The notes under the pieces were generated by a model. It was not told where the DNA came from and made no database searches. It saw only the letters and a program-made list of their open reading frames with translations. 64,000 nt of DNA, taken from assembly GCA_963720545.1 (NCBI GenBank), contig OY970399.1, forward strand, positions 480,001 to 544,000, written 5' to 3'. The DNA is from an uncultured Acidobacteriota bacterium. Lineage in GTDB: Bacteria > Acidobacteriota > Vicinamibacteria > Fen-336. The position numbers were made by a program, and so were the translations under genes. Numbering within the stretch: the first letter of the stretch is position 1; every line of letters begins with the position of its first letter. Of this stretch, positions 28,884 through 38,219 are shown piece after piece.

Positions 28884-29401
28884 AGGGGTCCCAATGTATC
28901 GCGGAGGCGGCCCATCGCCGCGCGAATCCTGGTCTTCACCGTGCCGAGGGGCTGGCCGAGCCTGGTGGCGATCTCCGACTGCGTCAGCCCTTCGTAATAG
29001 GCGAGCTGCAGCGCGGTGCGCTGCTCCTCGCTCAAACCCTCGAGGGCGCGGCGGACGGCAATTCCCTCTTCCGTGCGCGGCGCCGCCGAGGGGTTGGGCA
29101 GCGACTCTGCCGGGTCTTCGCGGCGCGCCACCTGGCGGCGCAGGCGGTCGAGCGCCCGCGAGCGGGCGATCACGCAGAGCCAGCCGGTGACCGAGCCGCG
29201 CTGCGGATCGAAACGGGCTGCCTGGTGCCAGACCTGGAGAAACACTTCCTGCACCACCTCCTCGGCCTCGGTGCTATTGCGGAGGATGCGGAGCGCCAGC
29301 GAGCTCACCACCCCCGAGAAGCGGTCGTAGAACGCCCCCAGCGCGGCAGGATTGCCGCCGCCGATCTCACGCACTAACGCTTCCGGGGTGTCTTCGGGCA
29401 C
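28880..29401 (-). CDS. ECF sigma factor, SigK-like
   Basis: AEEVVQEVFLQVW, FDPQRGS, LAYYEGLTQSEIA, PLGTVKTR. Confidence 0.93.
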   Translation of the reverse strand: MPEDTPEALVREIGGGNPAALGAFYDRFSGVVSSLALRILRNSTEAEEVVQEVFLQVWHQAARFDPQRGSVTGWLCVIARSRALDRLRRQVARREDPAESLPNPSAAPRTEEGIAVRRALEGLSEEQRTALQLAYYEGLTQSEIATRLGQPLGTVKTRIRAAMGRLRDTLGPL

Positions 29402-29450
29402 GTGTTGTTGCTTGCGAACCTCATACTAGACCAGGCTCAACGGCCGAGGT

Positions 29451-30608
29451 CTATGGCGCGGTGGTTTCCGCGATCAAGCGCGCATGGCGTGCGATCTCGG
29501 CGTCCTTGATGCCCACCGCGAGCGCCTTCTCGATCTCGACCCTGGCCTCGGCCGAGCGTCCGTTGCGGTGGAGCGCCCAGGCGAGTGCGTGTCGGGTGAA
29601 GACGTCCTGGCGAATGCGGGCTTCGCGCTCCGCGATGCGCAGGCCCTCGACCGGCTCCTGCTTGTGGTCGAGATAGTAAAAGACCAGCTCACGGTTGGCG
29701 TTGTCCGGTCCTTCCATCTCGGCCCGCGCACCCTTCTCGAAGGCGGCGAAGGCTGACTGTGCTTTCGCGCTTTCACCGGCTCGTTCCAAGGCCTCCGCCA
29801 GCAGGTAGAGGTTCTCCGGGTGCGGTGCCCCGGCGTAGTGGCGGCGTTCCAGGGCCAGGGCCTCCCCGAGCTGTCCCTGCGCGGTGCGCACCTTTGCCAT
29901 TTGGCCGAGGGCATAGTGATACTCGGGGAACGCGAGGAGCGCTTCTGAGAGCCTCGCCTCCGCTGTCTCGAGGTCGCCGCGCGACAGCTCGAGGTGACCC
30001 ATTTGCGTCAGGATCCAGGCGCGCTCTTCGGCTTCTCCGAGCGGCGTCTGGTCGAGCGCCATTCCCATCAGTTCCAGAGCGCCTTCCGGGTCGCCGAACA
30101 GTTCCCGCAAGTACGCGGTGCGCGCCAATGCAGGGACATTGGCGGGCCGCAGGTTGAGCATCCACTGCGCCGACTTCTCCGCGGCATCGTAGTCGCCCAG
30201 TTCCGCGAAGGCATCGACGAGCAGGCCGTACACCATCACGTCGTCCGGCACCTTCTTGTTCAGGGCACTCGCTGCATCGCGCGCGTCGGCGAAGCGATGC
30301 TGGCCGAGAAACAACCAGGCCTGTGCCTTACGAGCCTCGAGGTCGTCGGGGTCCTTCTCGAGCACGACTCTCACAGCCTCGTTGCCGCGCTCGTAAAAGG
30401 CTGGATCCGAAGTTTCGCGAGCCCGCCTTGCGTAAGCGAAGGCCAGGGCCACTCGTCCCTTGCTCGATGCCGGCGCCTTGTCGATCGCCGCCATGGCCTG
30501 CGCGATCGCCCGCTCTGCAGGGGTCCGGGCGTCGTCTTGCGCCGCGACCCCGGATGCGACCGCGAGCGACACGAGTACTGCTACTGCTGCTGCGTGCCTG
30601 CGAATCAT
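29451..30608 (-). CDS. Exported TPR-repeat protein
   Basis: GGAGG before ATG 30608; signal peptide; helical repeats, RETSDP, ELGDYD. Confidence 0.85.
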   Translation of the reverse strand: MIRRHAAAVAVLVSLAVASGVAAQDDARTPAERAIAQAMAAIDKAPASSKGRVALAFAYARRARETSDPAFYERGNEAVRVVLEKDPDDLEARKAQAWLFLGQHRFADARDAASALNKKVPDDVMVYGLLVDAFAELGDYDAAEKSAQWMLNLRPANVPALARTAYLRELFGDPEGALELMGMALDQTPLGEAEERAWILTQMGHLELSRGDLETAEARLSEALLAFPEYHYALGQMAKVRTAQGQLGEALALERRHYAGAPHPENLYLLAEALERAGESAKAQSAFAAFEKGARAEMEGPDNANRELVFYYLDHKQEPVEGLRIAEREARIRQDVFTRHALAWALHRNGRSAEARVEIEKALAVGIKDAEIARHARLIAETTAP

Positions 30609-30621
30609 TGCCTGGCCTCCG

Positions 30622-32133
30622 TCAGTTCGTGGGGCAGGTGCCGGCGCAGCCCGGTTCGCCCGGGTCCACGTGGCGGCTGTTGCGGCCATCGTGCGCCGGG
30701 TTCACGAAGGGAAAGGCGCCGCGGCCGGGCAGGTCGTTGAGGTTGACGCCGTCGCCGATGCGGGTTGCGAAGCGCACGGGATCCGCGAGGATGCCGCCCA
30801 CGGCGCGGGCCGCGATGTCGGTCACGTCGTCGTTGGGCCGGCGGCCGTTCGGGAAGCCAGCGGGGTCGTCATTCGCGGGATCGGTGTCGAGCAGCGTCAG
30901 GAGGCCGAGCCGCTTCTGCGACGCAAGCGGTGTCGGCGGTATGCCTGTGTTGATGCGGAGCAGATCGGCGATCGCTCCCTGCGGCGTGCCCGCCGGCACG
31001 ATCGGGCCGGTATACGTGACGAGCGGCAGCAGGTCGTTGCGGGGAGCCGGCGGTACCGGAATGCCGAGCGTGCCGAACACCGTCGCGAGCAGCGGGTCGA
31101 GGACGAAGGCGGCAAACTGCGCGTCGTTGCGCGGGTCGTCCATGCTGAAGCGGTCCTTCGATCCGGTGCCGATGATGAGCTCGTTGACGAGCGGGTTGCC
31201 CATGCGCTGCACCTGGCTCCACAGGCCCAGGTCCCGCGCGGTGCGCGGTGCGCGGCGCACGGTGATCTGGCGCCTCGAGGTGGAACCGTAAGTGCCGAGA
31301 AGTGCCGCGCGCTCCGTTGAGGCATGGCGCCGGCCGTCTTTCGTCAGCAGCGTGACGGGGACCTCGATCGCGATGGTATTGACGTTGTAACCGGACACGT
31401 CGTCGGGCGCGGTGCTGGTCGCGTCGTCCTGGTCCTGTGCGGCCGAGAGCACGCCGCCGCCGGCCTCGGCGCGGAAGTTGAGCGAGTCGAAGGCGGCGCC
31501 GAGGTCGATATAGAAGTTGTCGTCGGTGGTGCCGGCGAAGACTTTGACGCCGCGGCCGAGGTTGTAGATGCCCTGTTCGAACAAACCGCCCGGGTCGGTA
31601 TAAGCGGGCATGGTGCGCGGTCCCGCGTTCGAAGGCACCGCGTAGAGGGTGCGTCCGCCGGTCAGGTCAACGCGCGTGCCGTCGCGCACCAGCGTGACCG
31701 AGTACGACTGTCGCAGGCCCAGGCCCTCGGAACCGCTCCCGCTCAGCTGTGTGATCGGCGCAATTCCGGCGATCCCGCCCACGGCCGTCGTGAAGACTCC
31801 GGGATTGCGGATCTCGGTCTTGAAGCGCACTTCGAACTTCACGTCCTCGGCGATGCCGTCCTGGTTGTTGTCTACGTGGAACGTGTAGAGGATGCCGGGA
31901 TCGAACGGAAAGTAGTTCGGTCCGTTCGCCGGCTCGAGCAAGGGATCCACGCACAGGATCATCGTCACCTTGCCCGGGTTGTCGTAGCTGACGAACGTGT
32001 ACCAGTCGGTGATGTCGGCGCTCCTGTCGAGCGCGGTGATGGGCGCCTCGCGATGGCTCGCTGCCGAGGCAGCCATCGGAATAGCCAGGGACAGGGCCGC
32101 GAGCGCGGCGGTCGAGCGCATCCATTTCTTCAT
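30622..32133 (-). CDS. DUF4331 family exported protein
   Basis: ASHREAP, DITDWY, QVQRMGNPLVNE, GFPNGRRPNDDVTD. Confidence 0.92.
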   Translation of the reverse strand: MKKWMRSTAALAALSLAIPMAASAASHREAPITALDRSADITDWYTFVSYDNPGKVTMILCVDPLLEPANGPNYFPFDPGILYTFHVDNNQDGIAEDVKFEVRFKTEIRNPGVFTTAVGGIAGIAPITQLSGSGSEGLGLRQSYSVTLVRDGTRVDLTGGRTLYAVPSNAGPRTMPAYTDPGGLFEQGIYNLGRGVKVFAGTTDDNFYIDLGAAFDSLNFRAEAGGGVLSAAQDQDDATSTAPDDVSGYNVNTIAIEVPVTLLTKDGRRHASTERAALLGTYGSTSRRQITVRRAPRTARDLGLWSQVQRMGNPLVNELIIGTGSKDRFSMDDPRNDAQFAAFVLDPLLATVFGTLGIPVPPAPRNDLLPLVTYTGPIVPAGTPQGAIADLLRINTGIPPTPLASQKRLGLLTLLDTDPANDDPAGFPNGRRPNDDVTDIAARAVGGILADPVRFATRIGDGVNLNDLPGRGAFPFVNPAHDGRNSRHVDPGEPGCAGTCPTN

Positions 32134-32183
32134 GCCGGATCTCCACCGATGCGGCCACGGAAGTGTGGCCGCCTGTCGTGGAA

Positions 32184-32211
32184 TACGAGCCGACATCACA
32201 CATCAGATTGG
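32184..32211 (-). promoter_or_regulatory. Possible SigK-type ECF promoter for DUF4331 operon
   Basis: Minus strand CCAATCT-N16-TCGTA. Confidence 0.35.
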
Positions 32212-32444
32212 ATACGGCCATCCGAGGGCGGGCCAAGAGGGTGGAACGCGCCCCCGGGAGGACGACCGTTCGGGGCCGCGGCTCGGTATCCGCCACACGA
32301 GAAGCGGCACCGGAACTGCGGCTCCTGAGGCCGCCACACTAGATGGTTGCGTCCCCCGGGAGCAACGTCAGTCTGCGGCGTGGGGTCGCTAAGCGCAGTG
32401 GCTTGCGCCACACATGTGTTCTGCGCACATCCTATACTTCCGCC

Positions 32445-34271
32445 ATCGCGCCCCTAGCGTTTCTCCTCTTCGCGCTTGCTGCCATTGTCGCGCCGGGCAT
32501 CCAGCTGCAGCGGCGGCTGGGCGGCGGCGTGGATCCGGCGCTGGTCCTGCCGATCGGGTTCGTTTTCGCGTCGGCGGCCTACGGCGCCGCCAGCGTCTGC
32601 GGGATACCCTGGGTCTTTGTATTGCTGACGCTGGCACCTTGTCTGGACCTCGTCTTGTGGCGAACGCCGTGGCGCACGGAGCCGTCGCCGGACCTGCGCG
32701 GTGCGCTGCTGCCGATCGCCGCCATCGTCTGCCTCTTCGCCCTCACGGAGTATCGCCAGAACCGGGTCGCCGCGAACGGCGACTTCCTGTTCGACCGCGT
32801 CGACCCGGAGGATCAGGCGTTCCACGCCGGCCTCACCCACGAGCTGAGCCACGGCTATCCGCCGCAGGTGCCCGGTCTCAGCGGCTATCCCCTGGCCTAC
32901 CACTTCGGCTGGCCCTTCGTGCGCGCGGCGGCGGCCCGCTGGACCGGGCTCACGCCCTATGACCTGATGAGCCGCTACGACCTGACGCTCGCGGCGATTG
33001 CGCTTGTGTTGGCAGTGCGGGCCGCGACCGCGGCACTGGGCGGGTCGGCCCTGGCCGTGAACCTCGCTCCGTGGACGCTGCTGCTATGCGGATACTCCTG
33101 GGTGCTGAGCGCGCATCGCGCCGAGTGGTGGTTCGCTTCTTTTCCCGGCGAACTCCTTCCCGACCTGTTCCACGCGAATTCGGTGGTGCCGGCGCTCGCC
33201 ATAGGCGTCGGCTCCCTCCTGTGCGCAAGCCGCGGCAAGCTTGTGCTGGCGGCGCTGCTGGCGGCCGCCCTGCCCTTTTTCAAGATCTTCCTCGCTGCCC
33301 AGATTCTTGCCGGCCTCTGCGCCGCCTTCGTTTTGGTGAAGCGGCGCAGCGCGACGCTGGCCGTGGCGCTGCCGATGCTCGCCGCGACGCTCTTCCTGGT
33401 GGCGAGCGAAGAGGCGAACACCCGCGTGCGTGTGGCGCTCGAGTTTCTGGGGCCGGTGCTGCGCACGCGCCAGACTCTGCGCCTGGTCGCGCTTTCTGGC
33501 GCTTCGCTGCTCGCGTTCGCCGTCGTCTGGCTGGTGCTCTCGCTCGGTGCTCGGCTCCTGTGCGGCGGCGCGCTCTGGCGGGCCATGCGCTCGCAATCGC
33601 TCATCGCGGTAACCCTGGCGACGGCCGCGATCATCGGCTGGCCGCTTGGGCTCATCGTCACACTGCGCACCGCGGAGCCTTACGCGCGCGTCTTCCAGGC
33701 TGACGACGCTCTCTATTTCATGGACCAGAGCGGCCCGCTGCTCTGGATCTTCGCGGTGCTCTCGGTGGCAGCGTGGCGGTCGCGCGTTGCGCGCGGCCTG
33801 GGGCTGGCCGCCATGGCGCTCGCGCTGGTGTCTACCACGCAGTACGTTGCCCACAAGTGGCACCTCAGGCCGACGGTCATGCCGGCCGCGATGGTGCGGG
33901 CCATGACCGACCTGGCCGCCGATGCGCGTCCTGGCGACGTCGTACTCCAGGTCCCTGGCCCGAAGCGCTACCCGCCGCCGCCGCTGGTCCTGATCCCACT
34001 GCGTATCACCTACACGCAGACAATTCCCTACATGACCCAATTCGCGTCACGGGCCGACCTCGACACCCGCCTGGCCCTGGTGCGGCGCTTCTTCGCAACC
34101 GACAACGCGGCGGAAGCCCGCGAGATTGCGGCGCAACTGGGCGCGCGCTACTTCGCGCTGTACGGATCGGACACCGTCAACTTCGACCCGGCCGCGCACG
34201 CGGCCTTCCGCAACATCCACCGCGAGTCGAACGTCTCTGTCTACGCGATCCCGCCGCCGGCTTCGCCGTAG
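32445..34271 (+). CDS. Polytopic membrane protein, GT-C-like; start uncertain (ATG 32343, TTG 32403 or ATC 32445)
   Basis: Many TMs; DQAFHAGL, YPPQVPGLSG, YHFG. Confidence 0.7.
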   Translation: MAPLAFLLFALAAIVAPGIQLQRRLGGGVDPALVLPIGFVFASAAYGAASVCGIPWVFVLLTLAPCLDLVLWRTPWRTEPSPDLRGALLPIAAIVCLFALTEYRQNRVAANGDFLFDRVDPEDQAFHAGLTHELSHGYPPQVPGLSGYPLAYHFGWPFVRAAAARWTGLTPYDLMSRYDLTLAAIALVLAVRAATAALGGSALAVNLAPWTLLLCGYSWVLSAHRAEWWFASFPGELLPDLFHANSVVPALAIGVGSLLCASRGKLVLAALLAAALPFFKIFLAAQILAGLCAAFVLVKRRSATLAVALPMLAATLFLVASEEANTRVRVALEFLGPVLRTRQTLRLVALSGASLLAFAVVWLVLSLGARLLCGGALWRAMRSQSLIAVTLATAAIIGWPLGLIVTLRTAEPYARVFQADDALYFMDQSGPLLWIFAVLSVAAWRSRVARGLGLAAMALALVSTTQYVAHKWHLRPTVMPAAMVRAMTDLAADARPGDVVLQVPGPKRYPPPPLVLIPLRITYTQTIPYMTQFASRADLDTRLALVRRFFATDNAAEAREIAAQLGARYFALYGSDTVNFDPAAHAAFRNIHRESNVSVYAIPPPASP

Positions 34272-34273
34272 GC

Positions 34274-35527
34274 CTAGAGACGCAGCCTGAGGATGACGAT
34301 GTCCTTCATGCTGGCATCCGGCGTCAGCACACCCGCCGCATTCGTCTTGTCGATCTGCGTGTTGGCGACATAGAAGAAGTCGTCGCCACAGACAGCGCCA
34401 GTAGTCGGTACCGCGAAGAGCGGATTCCCCGACTCGAGGATTTCGGCGCGCGCGATCACCGTTGGTGCCGACAAGTGGTAGCGCATGACGCGGCCCGGGC
34501 CGATGCCGTTCTGGACGCCCACGAGGCTGTCGCGATGGAAGTAGAGGCCATCGATTCCGGCTGCAACGACGTCTTCAGAAACAGCGAGATCGGTCACTGC
34601 CTTCGTCTTCAGGTCCACTGCGGACAGCCCGCGTCCCGAGCTCGCCACATAGAGATGGCGGCTGTCGTCGGACACCGCGACTCCATTCGGTCCACGGAAA
34701 GTCCCCGGCGATATGAACACCTCCAGCTCCTTGAGAGCGGCGGAGAGCCGATAGATGGCACCGGTCGTGGTGTCGCTGAGATATGCGTTGCCGTCGGCAT
34801 CGAACGCCAGGTCGTTCAGCATGTGCGCCGTACCGCTGGGCAGCAGGTACTTTCCTGCCAGCGCGCCGGTGCGCAGGTCGAAGCGAAAGAGCCCCGAGTG
34901 TCCGTTCTCGTCCGGAAACTCAGGCCCGCCTGACGCCGCTGCCCACAACTCGTGGCGGCGCGAGTCCACCTTGATCCCGAGCACGCTCACCAGGCCGTCG
35001 CGCCGCGGCGCCACGAAGTCGCTGACGGCGCCCTTCGCATCCACACGCACGATCTTCCGCTTGAGGATGCTGCCCACGAAGAGGTTGCCGGTGGCGGCGT
35101 CGCACGCGATGCCCTCGGGGAAAAGGTCCGCTTCGCGCAGCAGCGCCGCACGCTCGCTGCGGCTCACGCGCGGCGTGTGGCGTTCGAACGAGGCGACCAG
35201 CTCGTCATATCCAGGAAGCTTCGCGAACGCCGGATCGACGCCGGGATCGAACCCCAATCCCCTCTCGGCCAGGCCACGCAGCAGCGGCAGAGCCTTTGCG
35301 CCCTCGCCGCCATGCACGTAGACCTGCGTCAGGTTGAAGAGGGTTGCCGGATCGCGAGGCGAGATCGCGAGCGCGCCCTGCAACGCTTCGGCAGCGCACT
35401 TCCAATCGGCCTTGCCCGAGCACGCCGCCGCCCTGTCCAGAAACGGCATGAGCGCTTTCCGGGACCGCGGCGCCGCTTCCGGACCCATCAGGAGAGAGGC
35501 GCAAAGCCAACTTGCGAGGATTGTCAT
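34274..35527 (-). CDS. Exported TPR + SMP-30/gluconolactonase-like beta-propeller
   Basis: FPEGIA, LNDLAFD, PNGVAV, IDGL blades. Confidence 0.85.
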   Translation of the reverse strand: MTILASWLCASLLMGPEAAPRSRKALMPFLDRAAACSGKADWKCAAEALQGALAISPRDPATLFNLTQVYVHGGEGAKALPLLRGLAERGLGFDPGVDPAFAKLPGYDELVASFERHTPRVSRSERAALLREADLFPEGIACDAATGNLFVGSILKRKIVRVDAKGAVSDFVAPRRDGLVSVLGIKVDSRRHELWAAASGGPEFPDENGHSGLFRFDLRTGALAGKYLLPSGTAHMLNDLAFDADGNAYLSDTTTGAIYRLSAALKELEVFISPGTFRGPNGVAVSDDSRHLYVASSGRGLSAVDLKTKAVTDLAVSEDVVAAGIDGLYFHRDSLVGVQNGIGPGRVMRYHLSAPTVIARAEILESGNPLFAVPTTGAVCGDDFFYVANTQIDKTNAAGVLTPDASMKDIVILRLRL

Positions 35528-35593
35528 GACCGCAGCCTACCCCGCCCGGCGTGCTTGAATCCGGGAACGGTGTGGCCAACAATCGAACCGTCC

Positions 35594-35833
35594 ATGCCGT
35601 TCAAGAGCAAGGCCCAGCGCCGCAAGTTCGCCCAGCTCCTCGTCGAGGGCAAGATCTCCGACGAGGTCTACGAGGAGTGGAACCGCTCCACTGGCCGCAA
35701 GGAACTGCCGGAGAGACTCCACCCCGAGGCAAAGGGCAAGAAAAAGACTGCCCGCAAGAAGGCGCCCCGCAAGTCGCCGCGCAAACGCACGAAACGCCGC
35801 GCCGCTAGGACGCCTTCTTCGTTATCCACATGA
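35594..35833 (+). CDS. Small basic protein (MPFKSKAQRR...) with Lys/Arg-rich tail
   Basis: C-terminal 79 aa of track ORF 34952..35833; host-like codon usage from ATG 35594. Confidence 0.75.
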   Translation: MPFKSKAQRRKFAQLLVEGKISDEVYEEWNRSTGRKELPERLHPEAKGKKKTARKKAPRKSPRKRTKRRAARTPSSLST

Positions 35834-36242
35834 CGAGCGACGCCACGCCCCACAGGATAAGCGTCGGCATGACGATGCCGATCGTGAGGTGGGCGGCGAG
35901 GTGGACGATCGGACTCATCCCGAAGGTGTACTCGGGCGCGGCGTAGGAGTTTGGCATGCCCGCCATCGCGAGCACGATGCCGAGAACGGCGATCAACTGC
36001 TGCACGAACATCTGGATCGCCACGAGCGGCAGGAGGTGCTGATAGGTGCCGAAGCGTCGCTTGAACGCGAAGTATCCGTAATAAATGGCCCCCGCCCAGC
36101 TGATGACGTTCATCGACAGGAACGACGCCGCATGGCCTACTCCGGCGAGCGACACGAGGAGCCGCGCGAAGCCGACGATCGCCAGCAGCAGCAGCACCGG
36201 CCTCTGGAACGCGATGTATTCCGACAGCTTCTTGCCGAACAT
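35805..36242 (-). CDS. Four-TM hypothetical membrane protein
   Basis: AGGAGG before ATG 36242; four hydrophobic segments. Confidence 0.75.
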   Translation of the reverse strand: MFGKKLSEYIAFQRPVLLLLAIVGFARLLVSLAGVGHAASFLSMNVISWAGAIYYGYFAFKRRFGTYQHLLPLVAIQMFVQQLIAVLGIVLAMAGMPNSYAAPEYTFGMSPIVHLAAHLTIGIVMPTLILWGVASLVMWITKKAS

Positions 36243-36258
36243 CCTGTTACCTCCTGAA

Positions 36259-36489
36259 TCAGCCGGCTGAGTGTACTCGCCTGGTCGATGCCGGATGGCG
36301 TGCCAGCCGGTCAGCTGGCCGACGCGGCCGCTGCAGCACTTCGCCCGTGCAGTTCGGGCAGCGTCCCTGCAGCGGGCCAGCAACGCACTCCCGGCAGAAC
36401 GTGCACTCGAACGTGCAGATCATCGCGTCCTGGGACTCCGGCGGCAAATCGCGGTCGCACCGTTCGCAGTTGGGACGCAGCTCGAGCAC
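36259..36489 (-). CDS. DUF1272 family protein
   Basis: MLELRPNCERC, ICTFECTFC, CPNCTGE..RPRR. Confidence 0.9.
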   Translation of the reverse strand: MLELRPNCERCDRDLPPESQDAMICTFECTFCRECVAGPLQGRCPNCTGEVLQRPRRPADRLARHPASTRRVHSAG

Positions 36490-36571
36490 GGGCAGATCGT
36501 ACGGTCTGCAACGCCCGGCCACAAGGACCACTCGCCGCCCGAGTTACCCAGCCGGATAGGGCCGGAAAGGC

Positions 36572-38194
36572 TCACCTTGTCAGGCGCTTGACCTCGCTAC
36601 CGTCGCCGGTCATCTGCCAGCGGATCAACGATACCGGGATGAGGCCGGCTGCGTTGAACTCGTCCATGAATTCGCGCAGCGAGAACTTGTCGCCGAGGGT
36701 GCGCTGGCGCTCCATCAACAGGCGCTCGATCTGGGCCTTGCCGGTGAGGTAGCTCGACCCGTAGCCCGGCTGCTCCAGGTACAGGAGCTGTTCCATCCAG
36801 TTGGTGTCGCCGTCTTCCTTGAGCCAGCCGTTCGGGGTCCAGTCGTGCGCGAACTTGCGGGCTTCGTCGGCCGTGAACTCGCGGCTGTTCTGGCGCAGGC
36901 CGGCGAGGCCGCGGGCGGCGCGGTTCGCGACCAGGATCGAGACCAGTTCCTTCGCACGCGGATGCTTCTCGAAGAGGCCGGCGTTCATCATCATCTCTTC
37001 GTTGCCCGTCGCGAAGCCTTCGGCGCGGCTGTCCCAGATGTTGTAGAGCAGCGGGCCGCGGCGGATCTCGCTTGGGTGAGGCTCCTTCGCCATGCGCGCG
37101 AGGTCGAACCAGTGCGAGCCGTGGCAGCGCATCACGAGCGGGTCGCGGAAATCCACCTGCGCGAAGAAGTCGCGGTCGGCGGGTTCCTGGTAGCCGCCCG
37201 CGCGTTCGCGCAGCGAAGGGTCCATGTAGGGCTTGATCGTCAGCACCTCGTTCGTCTCGAGGAACTTCATGTACTCGCTGACGGCTTCGGCGTACGCCGC
37301 CTGGTACGCCGCGGCCGATGCAATCGGCTGCAATTCCGGACGCGCGCGGTTGAGGTTGCGCTGCAGCGCCAGCTGCGCGCCGGCGCGCGCCAGCTCACGC
37401 TCGTGCAGGGCGCGGTCGTCCTCCCAGGTGTAGGGCGAGAGGTGCACCTTGCGCATGTACCAGTCGTAGTCGGCCCTGCCGATGCCCGACGGGCCGGTCA
37501 TGGACGGCGCCTTCCTCTCGAGCCAGGCCGAGAAGTCGTCCACGGCGGCTCGCGCCCGCTCGGCGTCCGGCACGAGCTCGGGATGGTGCTTGCGCAGCGT
37601 CTCGACCAGCTCGCCGAGGATCCTGCTCTCGGCCTTCTTCTGGCGGATGCCGAAGCGCCACAGGTCGGTGGCGCCTTCCACGAGGTTGCCCTTCGCCTGC
37701 GCGAGCGTCCCCGGCACCGCGCGCAGCCAGGTGCGGAACGCGCCGATGCGGTCGGCAGGAATCGGGAACGAATACGTCCACAGGTCGATGGCGGCCGCCT
37801 GGCCGTGTCCCTCGTGAGCCGGCGTGTCGGACTGTTCGACCCAGAGGACACGGTAGAAGCACGGGTTGCGCGACCACGGGCGCAGCACCCGGTGGTCGAA
37901 GTCGAGCCCGTTCATCTCGGCGCGCACCAGCTGCCAATCGACCTGCTCGGGGATGCTCCAGCCGTCGGGCCGCAGCGCCTCGAGGCGGGCCACCAATCGG
38001 GCGAGCCCGGCGTGCTGCCGCTTCATGGCCGCCGCGGTGTAATCGGGAACACCGTCCGTGATCTGCGGCGGCTGGAAGGCGCGCCATTCGGCGAACAGCT
38101 TGACGAGGTCCTGGTGCGTGCCGCCTGCGGCGGTCACCGCAGTCGCTGCGGAGAGCGACAAGAGCATGGCAACGACAAGTGCGCACGGTCGCAT
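36572..38194 (-). CDS. DUF885-like exported protein
   Basis: Signal peptide; RAEGFA, QPGYGSSYLTGK, FSLREFMD. Confidence 0.8.
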   Translation of the reverse strand: MRPCALVVAMLLSLSAATAVTAAGGTHQDLVKLFAEWRAFQPPQITDGVPDYTAAAMKRQHAGLARLVARLEALRPDGWSIPEQVDWQLVRAEMNGLDFDHRVLRPWSRNPCFYRVLWVEQSDTPAHEGHGQAAAIDLWTYSFPIPADRIGAFRTWLRAVPGTLAQAKGNLVEGATDLWRFGIRQKKAESRILGELVETLRKHHPELVPDAERARAAVDDFSAWLERKAPSMTGPSGIGRADYDWYMRKVHLSPYTWEDDRALHERELARAGAQLALQRNLNRARPELQPIASAAAYQAAYAEAVSEYMKFLETNEVLTIKPYMDPSLRERAGGYQEPADRDFFAQVDFRDPLVMRCHGSHWFDLARMAKEPHPSEIRRGPLLYNIWDSRAEGFATGNEEMMMNAGLFEKHPRAKELVSILVANRAARGLAGLRQNSREFTADEARKFAHDWTPNGWLKEDGDTNWMEQLLYLEQPGYGSSYLTGKAQIERLLMERQRTLGDKFSLREFMDEFNAAGLIPVSLIRWQMTGDGSEVKRLTR

Positions 38195-38219
38195 CGGCGG
38201 TCTCCTTCGCGGCAGGCGT

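Noticed and set aside
35822..35830. Perfect DnaA box TTATCCACA
   Set aside because: Single copy inside two overlapping CDS ends; explained by coding (MWIT) and has no neighbouring boxes
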